Below are positions 52,200 to 64,000 of a stretch of 64,000 bases of DNA, piece by piece (within the stretch, counting starts at the first letter, position 1; each line of letters begins with the position of its first letter). The notes under the pieces are model-generated. The model was not told the origin of the DNA. It searched no databases and saw nothing but the letters and a program-made list of their open reading frames with translations. The DNA lies in the NCBI GenBank assembly GCA_016748015.1, contig JAAOMT010000664.1, forward strand, positions 873,518 to 937,517, written 5' to 3'. Origin of the DNA: Geosiphon pyriformis uo1 (lineage: Eukaryota; Fungi; Glomeromycota). A program made the position numbers and the translations under genes.

Positions 52200-55100
52200 C
52201 TACACATCTATAACTACCCACACACTGCCACCCAGACCAGAAAAGAAACAAAAAGGCTTCCGATGACCAAAGCTAACAGCAAAGGAATTGGCCAAACCAA
52301 GCAATTTCACAACACCGTCAGACAAAACCGAAGACACATCACAAGGGAGCCCAGAAACAACACCAACATCACAGACCAGACCAGTCTTCTCCATCACCAC
52401 CCAGTGGCTGGCTCTAGCCAACCATACCTTAGCATGATGTAAACCAACAATGAACCTGACATAATCAACAATCCTAGCAGTGGCCACTTTTCTATCCTCA
52501 AAAACATCACAAGTCTTCTTATACCACTCCTCCAGCACAAACCCTTTGCACACCAAAGTGTATAGCCCAACATTAATGGAACATTGAGACAAAACCCACA
52601 ACACAGCAGAAGCAGAGGAACCACCAGACAAAGCTGACCAACAAGCAGAAGCCTCTGCCAAAATCTCACCACGAATGCCAGACTCATAAACACAAGTAAA
52701 AACGTGGTCAGAGAACTCCACCTCACCACAAAGCAAACACAACACACTAGGATAGCATTTATCATACAACCTCTTCCTAATGGCCACTGGCAACCTTCTG
52801 TGCACAGCCTTCATAACATAAGTGCGAAGCGATGAGAATGCGCGGCTAGTGAAACCAGCAAGCATATGAGAATCAGGATGCCACACCTTCGCTGTGACAA
52901 CCCAGTCTATGCAACCAACCATCGCATCCGGAACTACATCACAACCAGGCCCAGCTTCCCAACGAGCACAACGAATTGATCGAAAAATATTTCTGACAAA
53001 ATGATGGGCATTACCAGAAACAGCGACACCTTCAGCAACCAAAAAATGTTCACGCACATCGGCACAAAGAGAAAAGGGAGACCCAGAGGCAGCCCCAGCA
53101 GCCAAGTCAGCTCTCATATTACCAGGAATCCCAGAGTGTTCTTTTACCTTAACTCAACTCACACTAAGATCCTTATCCCTGATCAAATTGAAAATATGAC
53201 GCCTTTCCAGCCAGCATTGATTACGGAAATTAAGAGCAACCAAAGACATCTCAGACACACATGCGTCAATAGTAGCCTGGCTGTCAAGACGCAACACCAC
53301 AGTACTTGAAGAAGGAACACACTCTAAAGCCAAAGCGACAGCCTGTAACTCGGCCATAGTAGATGACAAAAGACCACAAACAGTGACATCAATACTCATA
53401 TCCAAGACTGGAAAGTATGCAGCAGCACCACAGGCAATCTCAGCAGAGCCTGCATTCCTCAAAGACCCATCCGTGAAAACTTCAAAAGAGTCTGACTAAA
53501 TGTCATGCAATCCATCTTTAACCGCAGAAAATTCCCCAGACCCCAAAATGTCCAAACCAAGCTTCTTTGCTGAGCTAACAGAACCAGAAAATGAGTAACC
53601 CTGACCTTTCAAAAACTCAAAAAAAATCATGAACCAGTGAAACACAGGGCCACGCGGATCCAACCTCTTCCAACGACAAAAAGTTTTCCAATCCAACAAA
53701 ACACCTTTCTTATCAAAAAGCCGATCACCAAAAGTGACACCAAAACGCTTAAGAGATTTGACCGAATCAAAATACAGAGACTTTCCAAGAACAGAGGACA
53801 ACGGGAACTGACCAGGACTACGAAATGCAGTGGGGAGATTGTTCACCAAAGTAAGCTCATTGCCCAGAAAGATCTTCACCATCCCAGCCAAAAAATTGTT
53901 CACCGGACTAACACGCAACCTGACTGGAAACTGCAAAGGATCCAAAGGAGCCCAACCAAGAACCTGTAGGTCCAAAAACCTATGTCTAAACAAACGCCCA
54001 AGAATGCCAAAAGCATTAGAGAACACCATCAAAGCAGCAATCTTCCCTTCAGACTGCACCTGCTCAAAAGGCTTTAGGCCATACAATGAGGGATGATGCA
54101 AAGCAGCATCAGGAAAATCACGGGGGAGACAAGCTTTGGACCTAAGACCCTTTCTAACCAAGACATCCCACTTGCGACAAACATTAGATGAGACAAAACT
54201 GAACTGAGTATGATAGCTAACAATAGGCTGCAAAACAGCTGACACCAGATATGAGAATTGTTTGTCCATAATAGCCTTCCTAAGCACAACATTGACGAAG
54301 AAACGTACATCTGCATGAGCCTTGACAACACTTGGCTTGGAGAGCCCCTCAGTCGACAGAAAAATACCCAGATACCGATGTGCTTCCCCTTTCTTGGCAA
54401 TAGAGATTGGCTGACCACAAATGTTCAGTGAAGCAACTTTAACACCCTGATTGATGGAAATAGCCACCGTCTTCTCACTATTGATAGAAATGTCATTGAT
54501 CACAAAAAATTTACTGGCAATGTTCAGAGCATATTGAGTAGAAGCCTGACAATTTCCAACCCAGATCGTATCATTGACAAATGCACCAGCCGAAAAGTAT
54601 GATGTCAAACCACCACTGCCCTCAATCCTGCCAGATTTCGAAACAAACTTAGTATCAATCCGGTACTCACACAATTGTTCGTGCTTTTTAACCTCACACA
54701 AAAGCGGATCGTAAAAAATCCTCCAAAGAAATGGCGAAAAGACCTCACCCTGGTCCAGCCTATCATGCACCATATAACCACCAGACAAACCAAAGTCAGT
54801 CATCACCCTATTAACTCTATCCTCATGAATACCACCAAAAAACCTTATGAACCTCTCACACATCTTGACACACCGCAAACTAGCTCTTAAATGATGCCAC
54901 CCAACTGAATCGTAAGCTTTCCGCATATCTTGCAAGACCAACCATAACTCCCTATCCTTCTCAATGGCATCCTCAATTACTGAACTGACAGCAAACACCA
55001 GAGATTGTGTTGACGTACCCTTCAGCACCGAAAAGTTGTCACCCTGAAGAACATTGAACTTGCTACAAGCCATTGAAATATGGTCAGACAGAATCTTGGA

Positions 55101-56884
55101 AAGAATTTTTCTGGCAGTCTCAATCAAAGCAATGGGCTGAGTGTTCATAAGAACTCCATCCCAGTCATAAGGCTTAGAAATCATAGACACCCAAGCCTCC
55201 TCCACAAAACAGGCACCACACCACCCGACAAACATTTATTAAACAGCGCCAGCAGGCACCCCAAAACTACCTCACTACTATGTTTCCATAATTCATTAAG
55301 AACACCAGACAAACCAGCAGCCTTGCCATCAGGAAGACCACCAACAACAGAAAGTAACTTGCCCATACTGATTGCACCCATAACACCTGAAAAAGCATCA
55401 TCCCTAACATAGTCCAAAGGCGCGTACTGACGAGCCCAAAGATCAGGAAGCATTGACTGCACAGAGCGTTTTCTCGTCCACCCCTCCATTATTCCATCCA
55501 CACTGGACTTCATCTCTTCAGGCAACAAAACCAGATTATCATCAACTATCAAGTGATCCAACACAACCTTGTGAAAAGGCTTTTCCAACACACTCCTGAT
55601 CATACTACTCTTATCTGAACAGAAATTATCCATGCGCTTCTCAATCGCCTTCCTAACCGAAGCTTCCTCAGCCAACTTTGACTCAAACATCTTCGACCTC
55701 CTGTAATCTCTACGAACCAATGACAAATGCCTAACAACAACATCAGATTTAACACCCGAGCCAACCAAATCCTTGAAAGCATGAGCCTTTGCATCATCCA
55801 GAGTTGACCATTTACTCACAAGACGATCAGTGCCCAGCAAGTCACCAGAGCAAAATTTCTTGACAATCTTGGCCACCAACAATTCCAGACCAAAAAACCT
55901 AGAAGAATGTTTGTTTCTCAAACACTTGAATTCACTAAACCAATGCCTCGAAAATGCCACATCAGCAGAATCCATCACAGCTCCCACCAGAACTGCCCAC
56001 ATAGCATCCACATTACCACGTATTTCAGCACCAGAGAACACCTCACCCAAAGACAAAAGTTTAGCTGACGAGAGATCCTTAAACTTAGCCCATCCAACAC
56101 AGTTAGCATTCCTGATTTTGAACTTCCAATGATTTTTATTTGCCTGCTTGCGCAAACTGTTCAATTGTACATCTAGAAGCCCACTCAAACCAACTGAAAC
56201 CACAACTGCCTTGTGATCGGTGTCAAAGAAATCTGAAACAGAAACAACTTGATGACCAGCAACAGCAGAAGACAAATTACCACCAACAAAAATGTAATCA
56301 ATCATTTTCCCAACCCCTTTCGAATTGCTCCACGTATAAAAATTAGCCAAATGATGACCAACAAATGAATTGACCAAACCCAAACTCAAACAAAACTTGA
56401 AACTAGCACTTTTACCAGATCCATTCTCATTAAGGTCTCCACCCAAGACAACAAAATTGCTGGAATTGACCGCCTTTGCAATGAGGGTGTTAACTTCAGA
56501 AGCCTAACCAAATCTAGCCCCAGAGGAGGCATCAGCATACAACCCCAAAACAGTAACCGAGAGCTTGCCCTTAAACAGAAGCCGAACAGAAATAACCTGA
56601 CCAGGAATCTCCTCCACCTTAGATACATGACGGGCCAAAGAAGTGTTCATAACAATCGCAACCCCAGCACCCATGAAACCCTTATCCAAGCCAGAAGAAA
56701 ATACTCGCACTCCATCAAACTTATCCTTTATCCACGGCCCAGAAGAGAACCTCAACTTAGTCTCAGTGATAAAAGAAACCATATTTCCCAAGTTCACATG
56801 CCAACAAACAACATCTGCTTGTTTCGCAGGAACATTGATACCCCGAACATTGCATGTAGCAAATTTCCAAACCAAACTACTTAT
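52200..56884 (-). pseudogene. LINE ORF2: APE endonuclease, reverse transcriptase, RNase H, C-terminal CCHC-like motif
   Basis: ATCNVRG, ETKL, GGDLN, IDYI, TDH (APE); PIALIE, QDMRKAYD, QGEVFSP, FVND, YLGI (RT); FTDGS, AELQA, LDSQ, HSGIPGNxxAD (RNase H); CLLCGEVEFSDHVFTC. Stops at 56504, 53496 and 53154; frameshift at ~55200; start codon mutated ATG>ATA. Confidence 0.93.
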
Positions 56885-58842
56885 TGAGACGGAGGAAAAG
56901 CCAACAAACCCGATCCAGAATGCAGATGATCCAATCTATCCAAGACCGAGTGAACTGAAGCCTCAAGAGCCATCATATTCGATTCCAAACTGCCAATCTT
57001 GGCAGTCAAAACCTTAGAACTGCTCAGACTGAAATCAACAACCGACCCACCAACATTGGGAGAAAAAGAGGCAGATGACAACAACGTGCCATCCAACTCC
57101 AAACCCAGGTCCATATCTGAAACAACGGCAGTTGGAGACACCAAAGGAAGAGCTGAGGGAGAAGACGCCAATGGCACCAAGTCAACGAAACTTAACTTCT
57201 TTAAAATGAGTGAGACTTGGTCTGAGAGAATTTCCACGGAGCGTTCCAGCACAGCTAGGCGACCACCTAGATCAGCGGCACTAGACGAGGAGGAATCCAT
57301 TGAGAAAGCCATTGAACCAGAGACCAAACTGACACCAGGAGCACCTGAAGAGACAACGCGAGAGGGGGAACTGCCTGCCACTTGGGCCCACGTCTTCCCA
57401 CCAAAAAAAACTGGACGAGTGACAGGGGCCGACTTCTTCTTATATATCCCAGCTAGATGAACCCGATCTTGCTCAGAAACCACCCTTCTTCTTCGAACAC
57501 CAGAATACATACCCAAGGAACAATTGACCGAAACATGACCAAATTGTTTACAACGAGCACAACTGGCCAAAGAAAGACCAGCCCAATACAAACTCACATT
57601 CCTAAAAACTGGAACGGTACCAATAGCAGCCAATTTGGATGTCTCATCACCAAAACAAATTACAGCACATCTATCACGAACATATAAACTAGAGTTACGG
57701 CCAATATAACAAGTCTTCCCACCATATGATTCCAACAAATTGGAGAGGTCATGAGCATTAGTGCCAACTGGAAGAATATAAAGTAAAGCCCGATGCTGAT
57801 CCCTCGATACCCACGTTTGTTTATCAATATTTGCTTTTGCCACTCGGACCAAATCCTTTCCCATGAGCACAGACCATCTAGCTGCGACCAAATCAGCCAT
57901 CTCAGAAGATTCATATTCTACCAGGGCCTTTTGCCAAAGACCAATAAGCTGCACTTTGATTGAAACAATCTTGCCAAACCTGGAAAACACCGCCTCAATT
58001 GCCGATTTGGGAAGATCCACTGGAATATTTTTGACGATCACCTCCCGATCTGAATGGCTGTTTACTTTTCTTAGATCATCATTTACCAATATTTTTTCAC
58101 AGATTGCCATTTCTCTCGTCTTAAACAAACTTTTTTCAGATGTAAATGATGATTTTATTATTCCAGGAAATTTTGAGGGAGTCGAAGCCCCCCCAAAACC
58201 ATCAACCTGATAAAAAATTTTTTTCACACAAACCAACTTATCACCAGTAGTTTTGCCAGGAACGGCAGATAGCTCAATATCCAATGCAAACGATTTTGAC
58301 GAAATAAAACTCCGTTTCTCCGGAGCACGTGACCCGGCTGGAGGAAGGCGATTGAACCCACAAAATTTTGAACTCGGAAGAGGCAGAGTGTCTTCACTAT
58401 CACTTAGCACATTGAAAGAGAGAAGTGGCGGCTTACTGTTCAGAACATAGGTGCGAGTACGCGTCTTCCTAAGCGTGACATCATTCATGTCGTCATCCAA
58501 ACCTGAAGCATCTGACTCTGCATAGCTAGTTTCCTCAGCGACAACGTTTTCCAAGTTATCCAAGTCCGAAACGCCACTTACGCTGTCCACTTCGCTGTTG
58601 ACTTCGCTAGCCCACGATCGCCCAATATTAAGTCCATCACCACTTTCATCCATAATGTTTGAAACACCAGCAGACGACTCCACCAAACCATCAACTGCCA
58701 CAGGTTTCTTCGGCTTCTTATAGGACGCACCGCAAGATTGAGGACCAACTGAACGCTTATTTCTGACACCAGACCAGGTCCCCAACCCAGCCGAAACGGA
58801 CCCAGAACCACCAACAGCAACGCCCACCGGTTCCATAGCCAC
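56881..58842 (-). CDS. LINE ORF1p (653 aa; RRM-like domains, CCHC zinc knuckle, coiled coil)
   Basis: Uninterrupted ORF with VIVKNIPVDLPKSAIEAVFSRFGKI, LLYILPVGT and CARCKQFGHVSVNC. The ORF-track start is GTG; the first ATG is two codons downstream. Confidence 0.9.
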   Translation of the reverse strand: MAMEPVGVAVGGSGSVSAGLGTWSGVRNKRSVGPQSCGASYKKPKKPVAVDGLVESSAGVSNIMDESGDGLNIGRSWASEVNSEVDSVSGVSDLDNLENVVAEETSYAESDASGLDDDMNDVTLRKTRTRTYVLNSKPPLLSFNVLSDSEDTLPLPSSKFCGFNRLPPAGSRAPEKRSFISSKSFALDIELSAVPGKTTGDKLVCVKKIFYQVDGFGGASTPSKFPGIIKSSFTSEKSLFKTREMAICEKILVNDDLRKVNSHSDREVIVKNIPVDLPKSAIEAVFSRFGKIVSIKVQLIGLWQKALVEYESSEMADLVAARWSVLMGKDLVRVAKANIDKQTWVSRDQHRALLYILPVGTNAHDLSNLLESYGGKTCYIGRNSSLYVRDRCAVICFGDETSKLAAIGTVPVFRNVSLYWAGLSLASCARCKQFGHVSVNCSLGMYSGVRRRRVVSEQDRVHLAGIYKKKSAPVTRPVFFGGKTWAQVAGSSPSRVVSSGAPGVSLVSGSMAFSMDSSSSSAADLGGRLAVLERSVEILSDQVSLILKKLSFVDLVPLASSPSALPLVSPTAVVSDMDLGLELDGTLLSSASFSPNVGGSVVDFSLSSSKVLTAKIGSLESNMMALEASVHSVLDRLDHLHSGSGLLAFPPSQ

Positions 58843-59641
58843 AAAAAGGGGAATGTCTGAAGAAATAACTGGAGAGAGGTGAAAGGGAAAGGGAAAAAGA
58901 AGGCTATTTCAATGATGACTCAAAGCTTTCGTTGTGACCAGGGGATCATATATTTAAAATTTTTATTTTTTTTACTTAATATAATTTTATGGCATTATCA
59001 AAGGTAATAGCAAAAAGCTGTTAAAAAAAAATTCATTAATATATTGTTATCTAAATATAAATTTGGTAATTTAAATGCTTAAATTCAAAATAATTGTTTA
59101 AAAATTATTAACTAGAAAAGCTAAGTAATATTGTTATTTTTTTTTGTATAAATTTTTAATTAAAAAAATTATTAAATAAACTGTATAAAATTTAACCAAA
59201 TATTTATTAAAATTGTTTACTAAATTGATTAATAACATAAAAACAAGAATAATAAATTAACAAATAAAACAATTATTAAAAGTAATAAAAAATAATCAAT
59301 AAAAAATTCAATTAAAGAAGTAAATTAAATTTGTATAATTTTAAAATTAATAACAAGCAAATGAATTCTTAGATTAATTTTAACGATACAAATTAAAAAT
59401 AAAAAAAGATAAAATATGTGAATAAGCAATAAAGTACAATGAAATTTACTTTTTTTATTACTTTAGTTTTGTAATTAATTGTTTTTTTTACAGCTGGAAG
59501 GGTTTATTGCTTATGTATAGTTGTCAATAATTAGGTTAACAATTAGGTTAATAATCAGATTTGATTGGTCCAGAAAAAAAAATCGATTTCTTGTTTTATT
59601 TTATGAGTCAGAAATGACTGAATTAATTTGTCTAATTTATT

Positions 59642-60259
59642 ATGACCGAGTTACTCCCGTTACAGGACGAGGACTTTACAAAAGCAAAACGTAATGGGCC
59701 TGATTCTTCTCATGCAACGGGAGCGGTCACACAACGGCAAGCTCAAAACCCTCAGGGAGTGTTCCTTGGGCAAGATGGAAAGCCCTGTCGTCCTTGTACA
59801 GCCTTCAAAGATTGGACGAGAAAAGGAAAGAAAAGTGCACATGAGTCATCGGCTGTACCCAGAACGTCTTCCAACACAAGTTCAAACTCTTCCCCCGAGT
59901 CCTCATTAACCAATTTAGAAGATTGTCCCCCAGATTCAGAGCAGTTGGGTCGTTCAACTTGGACCTTTCTACATACTATGGCAGCCTATTATCCAGATCT
60001 CCCGTCTACAACTCAGAAACAAACGATGACTACTTTCCTTCGTACCTTTTCCAATGTCTACCCATGTTGGTATTGTGCCGAGCATTTACGCAGTGAGATG
60101 CAACGATCACCACCAAACGTGGAAAATCGACACGCTTTATCTCGTTGGTTGTGTAATATACACAATGAGGTGAATTTAAGATTGGGAAAGAAAGTGTTTG
60201 ATTGTGAGAAGACTGATGAGCGATGGAAGGATGGCCCACCCGATGGAAGATGTGATTGA
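59642..60259 (+). CDS. ERV1: Mitochondrial FAD-linked sulfhydryl oxidase Erv1/ALR
   Basis: Shuttle CRPC, CPPDSEQLGRSTWTFLH, redox YPCWYCAEHL, WLCNIHNEVN...FDC and RWKDG; single exon, 205 aa. Confidence 0.96.
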   Translation: MTELLPLQDEDFTKAKRNGPDSSHATGAVTQRQAQNPQGVFLGQDGKPCRPCTAFKDWTRKGKKSAHESSAVPRTSSNTSSNSSPESSLTNLEDCPPDSEQLGRSTWTFLHTMAAYYPDLPSTTQKQTMTTFLRTFSNVYPCWYCAEHLRSEMQRSPPNVENRHALSRWLCNIHNEVNLRLGKKVFDCEKTDERWKDGPPDGRCD

Positions 60260-60728
60260 GTTTCAAATCGAAGATCCGAGAGGATTGTAAAGGGATAGTG
60301 CAGTCTTTAATGATTTTACCATGTTACAACTTTATCCAGCTTTATTTTTTACGATATAAAATTATGACATAGAAATAGATTTTTTCGTCTATTATCGAAA
60401 CCAGAATTTCGGAAAGGCGACTTGGTAAAGGATTGCATACCAATTACAGCAATATTTAATTAACAACAATGTTAATAGTGTAAAAGTACAAGATTTTCAG
60501 AAATTTTGACACAAAAGTAACAAAAAATTGCCGAATGGGCTCAATAAAATGTCCAAAACCAGTTCAAGTCAGTTTTGGGCACGCTCTATAGGAAGGCGTT
60601 CCATCCAAGTACGCTACAATTATTCCTTAGCATTCATCTCCGAATTAGTCAGTCTCTTTCTTTGCTCTGCCACTACCGATCACAAAGGCAAAAGATCAAC
60701 AATTTACCCAACTTGTATAAATGGTGAT

Positions 60729-63151
60729 TTAACCAGGTCCGATCTCATAGTACAAAGCAGATTCTGTACTACTTCCTTCCCAACCTCGATTTCCGGATGT
60801 GGTGATCATGTAACGACAACTTTCATCAATTACTAAACCGAAAAAACATAGTATCATGTCAAGAATACCAAATTATCTTTTGAAAGGTCAAAAAACCCCG
60901 CACATAGTAAAGGATACGAATCTGAGATATTGTTCCGCTATGGTGGCCAGCCACGATAAGGAAGGGTACTGCTGATCTGTTATGCTCCTTCTCTTCCAAA
61001 TTCCATAATCTTATATTATCTTTAGAAGCACTGCCAAATTGGAATCGTTTACTAAAACAATTGAAGAGAGATAATGGAAATTGAAAATTGATCCATACCA
61101 AATGAGCTGCTTTCCATTAGGCATGCTCATCACACAGGAAACAGGACCTGACCCAGCCGGCATTCGAAGAACGCGTAATACAGATCCGCCACGGACGTCC
61201 CATTCATCAACTGAAGACCAAATAGGATATCAACAATCCAATACGGTCAGCGATTAACAGATGACTTGCTTTGAATCTTCTCACCTGTGCCATCCCGTCG
61301 ACCGCAAAAAATTCTCGTACCATCGGCACTCCAGCAGGCCTTCATGATGCAGCGCCGATATGTCAGAACAACCCCGCATACTTGTGAAAGGTTACAACCC
61401 ATTCGACTCAAGATTTATATATGAATATTGAACGAAATCATCAAATTACTTACAGAGAAAGACCATGGTGTAGTTCTTCCAGGAGGTGTGAGAGTTTTTA
61501 TTATTGGATCTTCAGCTCTTTTATCCCATATAATAATATGTCCATCGATACTTGTTGTCAATAAAACGTCATTTGAATGTACCAGATCCTCTTTGTCGTT
61601 AAAGAATTCATCAAAGGACTCTTGTGAACTTATTGATTGAGATGATGATCCAGGAATAACGGGACGAAATTGTATGGAGCTTAGCTGAGAATTATGTCCC
61701 AAAAATCGGCGAATCACTTTACCATTATTAAGATCCCAATACTAGAAAAACTTCAATTAAATATAAAGCTAGAATCAAACTCCATTAACACAGCATAGTA
61801 GACAATTACCAATACTTGTTTATCCCAAGATCCGCTAATAAATTTAGTTTCGTCCTTTGTTATCTTTAGAATAGAAACTGGACCATTATGTTCCTTTAAG
61901 ACATGATGGCACCTCCCTTCTTCGTGACGGACTGTAAACAAGTTTATTCCACCACTCTAAAATATATCAAAATAGGGAGTTAAACAAATTAATACAATTC
62001 TTGGAAACTTTAAATTTGAAGCAAGAATATGTTATTCTTACATAAGGATATATAATTATGATTGGGACCCATGCATACCTCTAAACCACTGAGCAACCAT
62101 AATGCTTCAGATTGTACTGCCAAACTATACACAGGTGATAATTTGGGGTCTAAATTTGGAGGATCTGGTACAATTTCTGGTTGTACAATACCTTCCTCTA
62201 TAGTTGTACCATTAACAGGTCCATTACTATTTTCTATAATAATAAATTTTTTAATACAGTGATGGAATAAAATAAGGGGTTCACGTGCGAAAAGTCCTAA
62301 ATTTACCAAGTTTTACAACCACTGGGGATGGTCCAGGTGTGGCTGCGGGGGTTGGAACGGTCACTGGAATGGATGGTAATGGTTCCTCATTCTTCCAATA
62401 TGACAGAAAAACGCCGGCCTATTCAATAGGTAACATGTTACATGGATAATGTTTCAGCGGCTAAATAATATAATGGAGCATTACGAAGATATTTCCGAGC
62501 CCTTTTGTAAATCCTCTTGTTTGGAAGGATATTACCTACCGCACCTTTTGGACAGACTCCACTTGGGCATGTTTTTGATTTTGGGTGAGCAATTGTTTAC
62601 CGTTCATTGATGCAAAAAAATCATATTTCCGAATATAGCCATCATCACCGCCAGTAAATATCCATCGCATATTCCTAGTGGCATCTAAAGAATAAATATT
62701 ACAGCCGTGAATTGCCGCAACCTACAAGTATTAAAGAGAAAATCATTCATTTTATAAGTCTAAAGAACCTGCAGTAAAAATATCGTGATAAATTGCTTAA
62801 AAAATAAATTCAATTTACCAGAGGAACAATATCATAAGTTTTGTACTCTTTAGCATTAGGCTGTGGCCTATGGGTTGACGATCCAGCCGTGATAGACGAA
62901 GGATTATTAGTATTAGGGAATGACGGTTGTACAGAGTATGAAGAAGTATTAGTTGGGACAACTTCTTCAAAACCATCTACTGTGAGAACCCAAGAAAAAT
63001 TTGAGCAATGACCCAAATAAAGAAGCAAGAAAGTCATCAAAGGAAAAAGCAAAAAACCTTCTGATATAGGCGTTCGGTCACCACCTTCTCCATCGGATGT
63101 TTGGGGTGAAGGGTCTCTTGAGTCGTAGTCATCGTCGCTGTCGTTATCCAT
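60729..63151 (-). CDS. SPT8: SAGA complex WD40 subunit Spt8, multi-exon (about 10 exons)
   Basis: Manual splicing at GT-AG introns gives an acidic N-terminus, YDIVP, TGGDDGYIRKYD, AGVFLSYWKNE, SPVYSLAVQSEALWLLSG, SGSWDK, PWSFSACWSADG, GHHSGTISQI and MITTSGNRGWEG, ending at TAA 60729-60731. Confidence 0.9.
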
Positions 63152-63631
63152 AACAAAATAATTGTGCTTTTGGGTATGTTGTGGAAAATTTCAAAGTTAG
63201 TTTATTCCGTAAAGTGCCGACTCGCCTTTTGTTCTATTTTTGGAAAGAAGTGCATCAGGGGTCTTTGCTTCACCCTCGTGAAGTATGCCACCATAAAAAT
63301 ATAAAATCAAAACTTTTGAAATCTTAAAGTAATAAAATAAATAGTTAATAAATTAAAATATTTATTGTTTATTTATTATATTTTTAAAATTTTTATAAAA
63401 GTTTAAAGGATGAATCTAGTTGTAACAACCTGTTACATGAAACAACCTTGGAAATGGCTTCAATTAGGATCGGAAATTTTATTAAATTTTAAAAAAATAA
63501 CATGTAATAATGATGTGTTTTATTTATTTTTATTGGACAAATTAAAGTTGGATCATTAATTTCACTAGAAATAAATGCAATGTTTAATTATTGCAAAGTA
63601 AGAAATAAACAAATAATTGACTAAATCTTAC

Positions 63632-64000
63632 CTAATTTTGACATCTTGTACTATTGTGTCTTGAAAGATCACATCTACTACAAGTATATTTTGTGCATGG
63701 TTTTCCTTTTTTTTCAGTAGGAGACTTATAATGTTTAGTTTCTGAATGTTCTTTACATTATAATACTAATGAATTTTCAAGTTGTTCAAGCTTATTTTTT
63801 TTATTGGCATTATTAACTTGATTGTTCTTCAAAACTTGGTCTTGATTTTGAAGTATAGACACCACTTTTTTATGTTGGTCAATAAATTGTCTTAATTATA
63901 TTATTATCTCATTATAATTGTTATGTTCAATAACAAACTAAGCAATTTGTTATGTAAGTTCTTACAATTTACCATATTTTTGTTTTCTCTGTGTTATAAG
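63632..64000 (-). mobile_element. Probable C-terminal remnant of a MULE/Mutator-like transposase
   Basis: Minus-strand reading ...EKKGKPCTKYTCSRCDLSRHNSTRCQN* shows a KGRP-like motif plus a terminal CX2CX4HX4C knuckle, typical of MULE transposase tails; upstream frame has stops. Confidence 0.45.

Larger units (their letters stand above)
52065..58947 (-). mobile_element. LINE copy E, full length (~6.9 kb), nearly intact
   Basis: Intact ORF1; ORF2 with three stops and one frameshift; poly(A) tail; probable TSD ATATATTT (52057-52064 / 58948-58955). Confidence 0.95.

Noticed and set aside
53154-56506. Stop-codon readthrough or an alternative genetic code in LINE ORF2
   Set aside because: Stops are mixed TAG/TGA at expected Trp/Gln codons and differ among copies; host genes use the standard code.
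52394-58844. Antisense and alternate-frame ORFs over LINE E (e.g. 56999-57460 +, 57863-58210 +) and 24590-24937 + over LINE B
   Set aside because: These are shadow frames expected from the codon bias of the sense ORFs; no recognisable domains.
60528-60836. 102-aa plus-strand ORF between ERV1 and SPT8
   Set aside because: TTG start, antisense to the last SPT8 exon and 3' UTR, and no recognisable motif.

Overview
AT-rich eukaryotic (fungal) DNA. About 59 kb is nested, decaying retrotransposons, followed by a small host gene island: ERV1 (+) and a multi-exon SPT8 (-), then a probable MULE remnant at the right edge. The repeat proteins resemble, from memory and unverified, those of Glomeromycotina such as Geosiphon. 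The repeat block has four components. (1) Five copies of an APE-RT-RNase H LINE family in graded states of decay. (2) Three copies of a ~2.3 kb element that encodes only a divergent ORF1-like protein but carries the LINE 3' UTR and tail, one with a clean 11-bp TSD; this is a HAL1-like non-autonomous LINE parasite. (3) A Gypsy element (5.6-33 kb) containing a full-length inverted Gypsy and a solo LTR that itself holds a LINE; both Gypsy families carry a Cys-rich insert plus dUTPase between protease and RT, and probably an extra ORF before the 3' LTR. (4) A second solo LTR inside a LINE. Repeat copies differ almost only by C>T/G>A transitions, in CpG and non-CpG contexts, while adjacent host genes look untouched, suggesting RIP-like repeat-targeted hypermutation. 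All alignments and translations outside the ORF track were done by eye.
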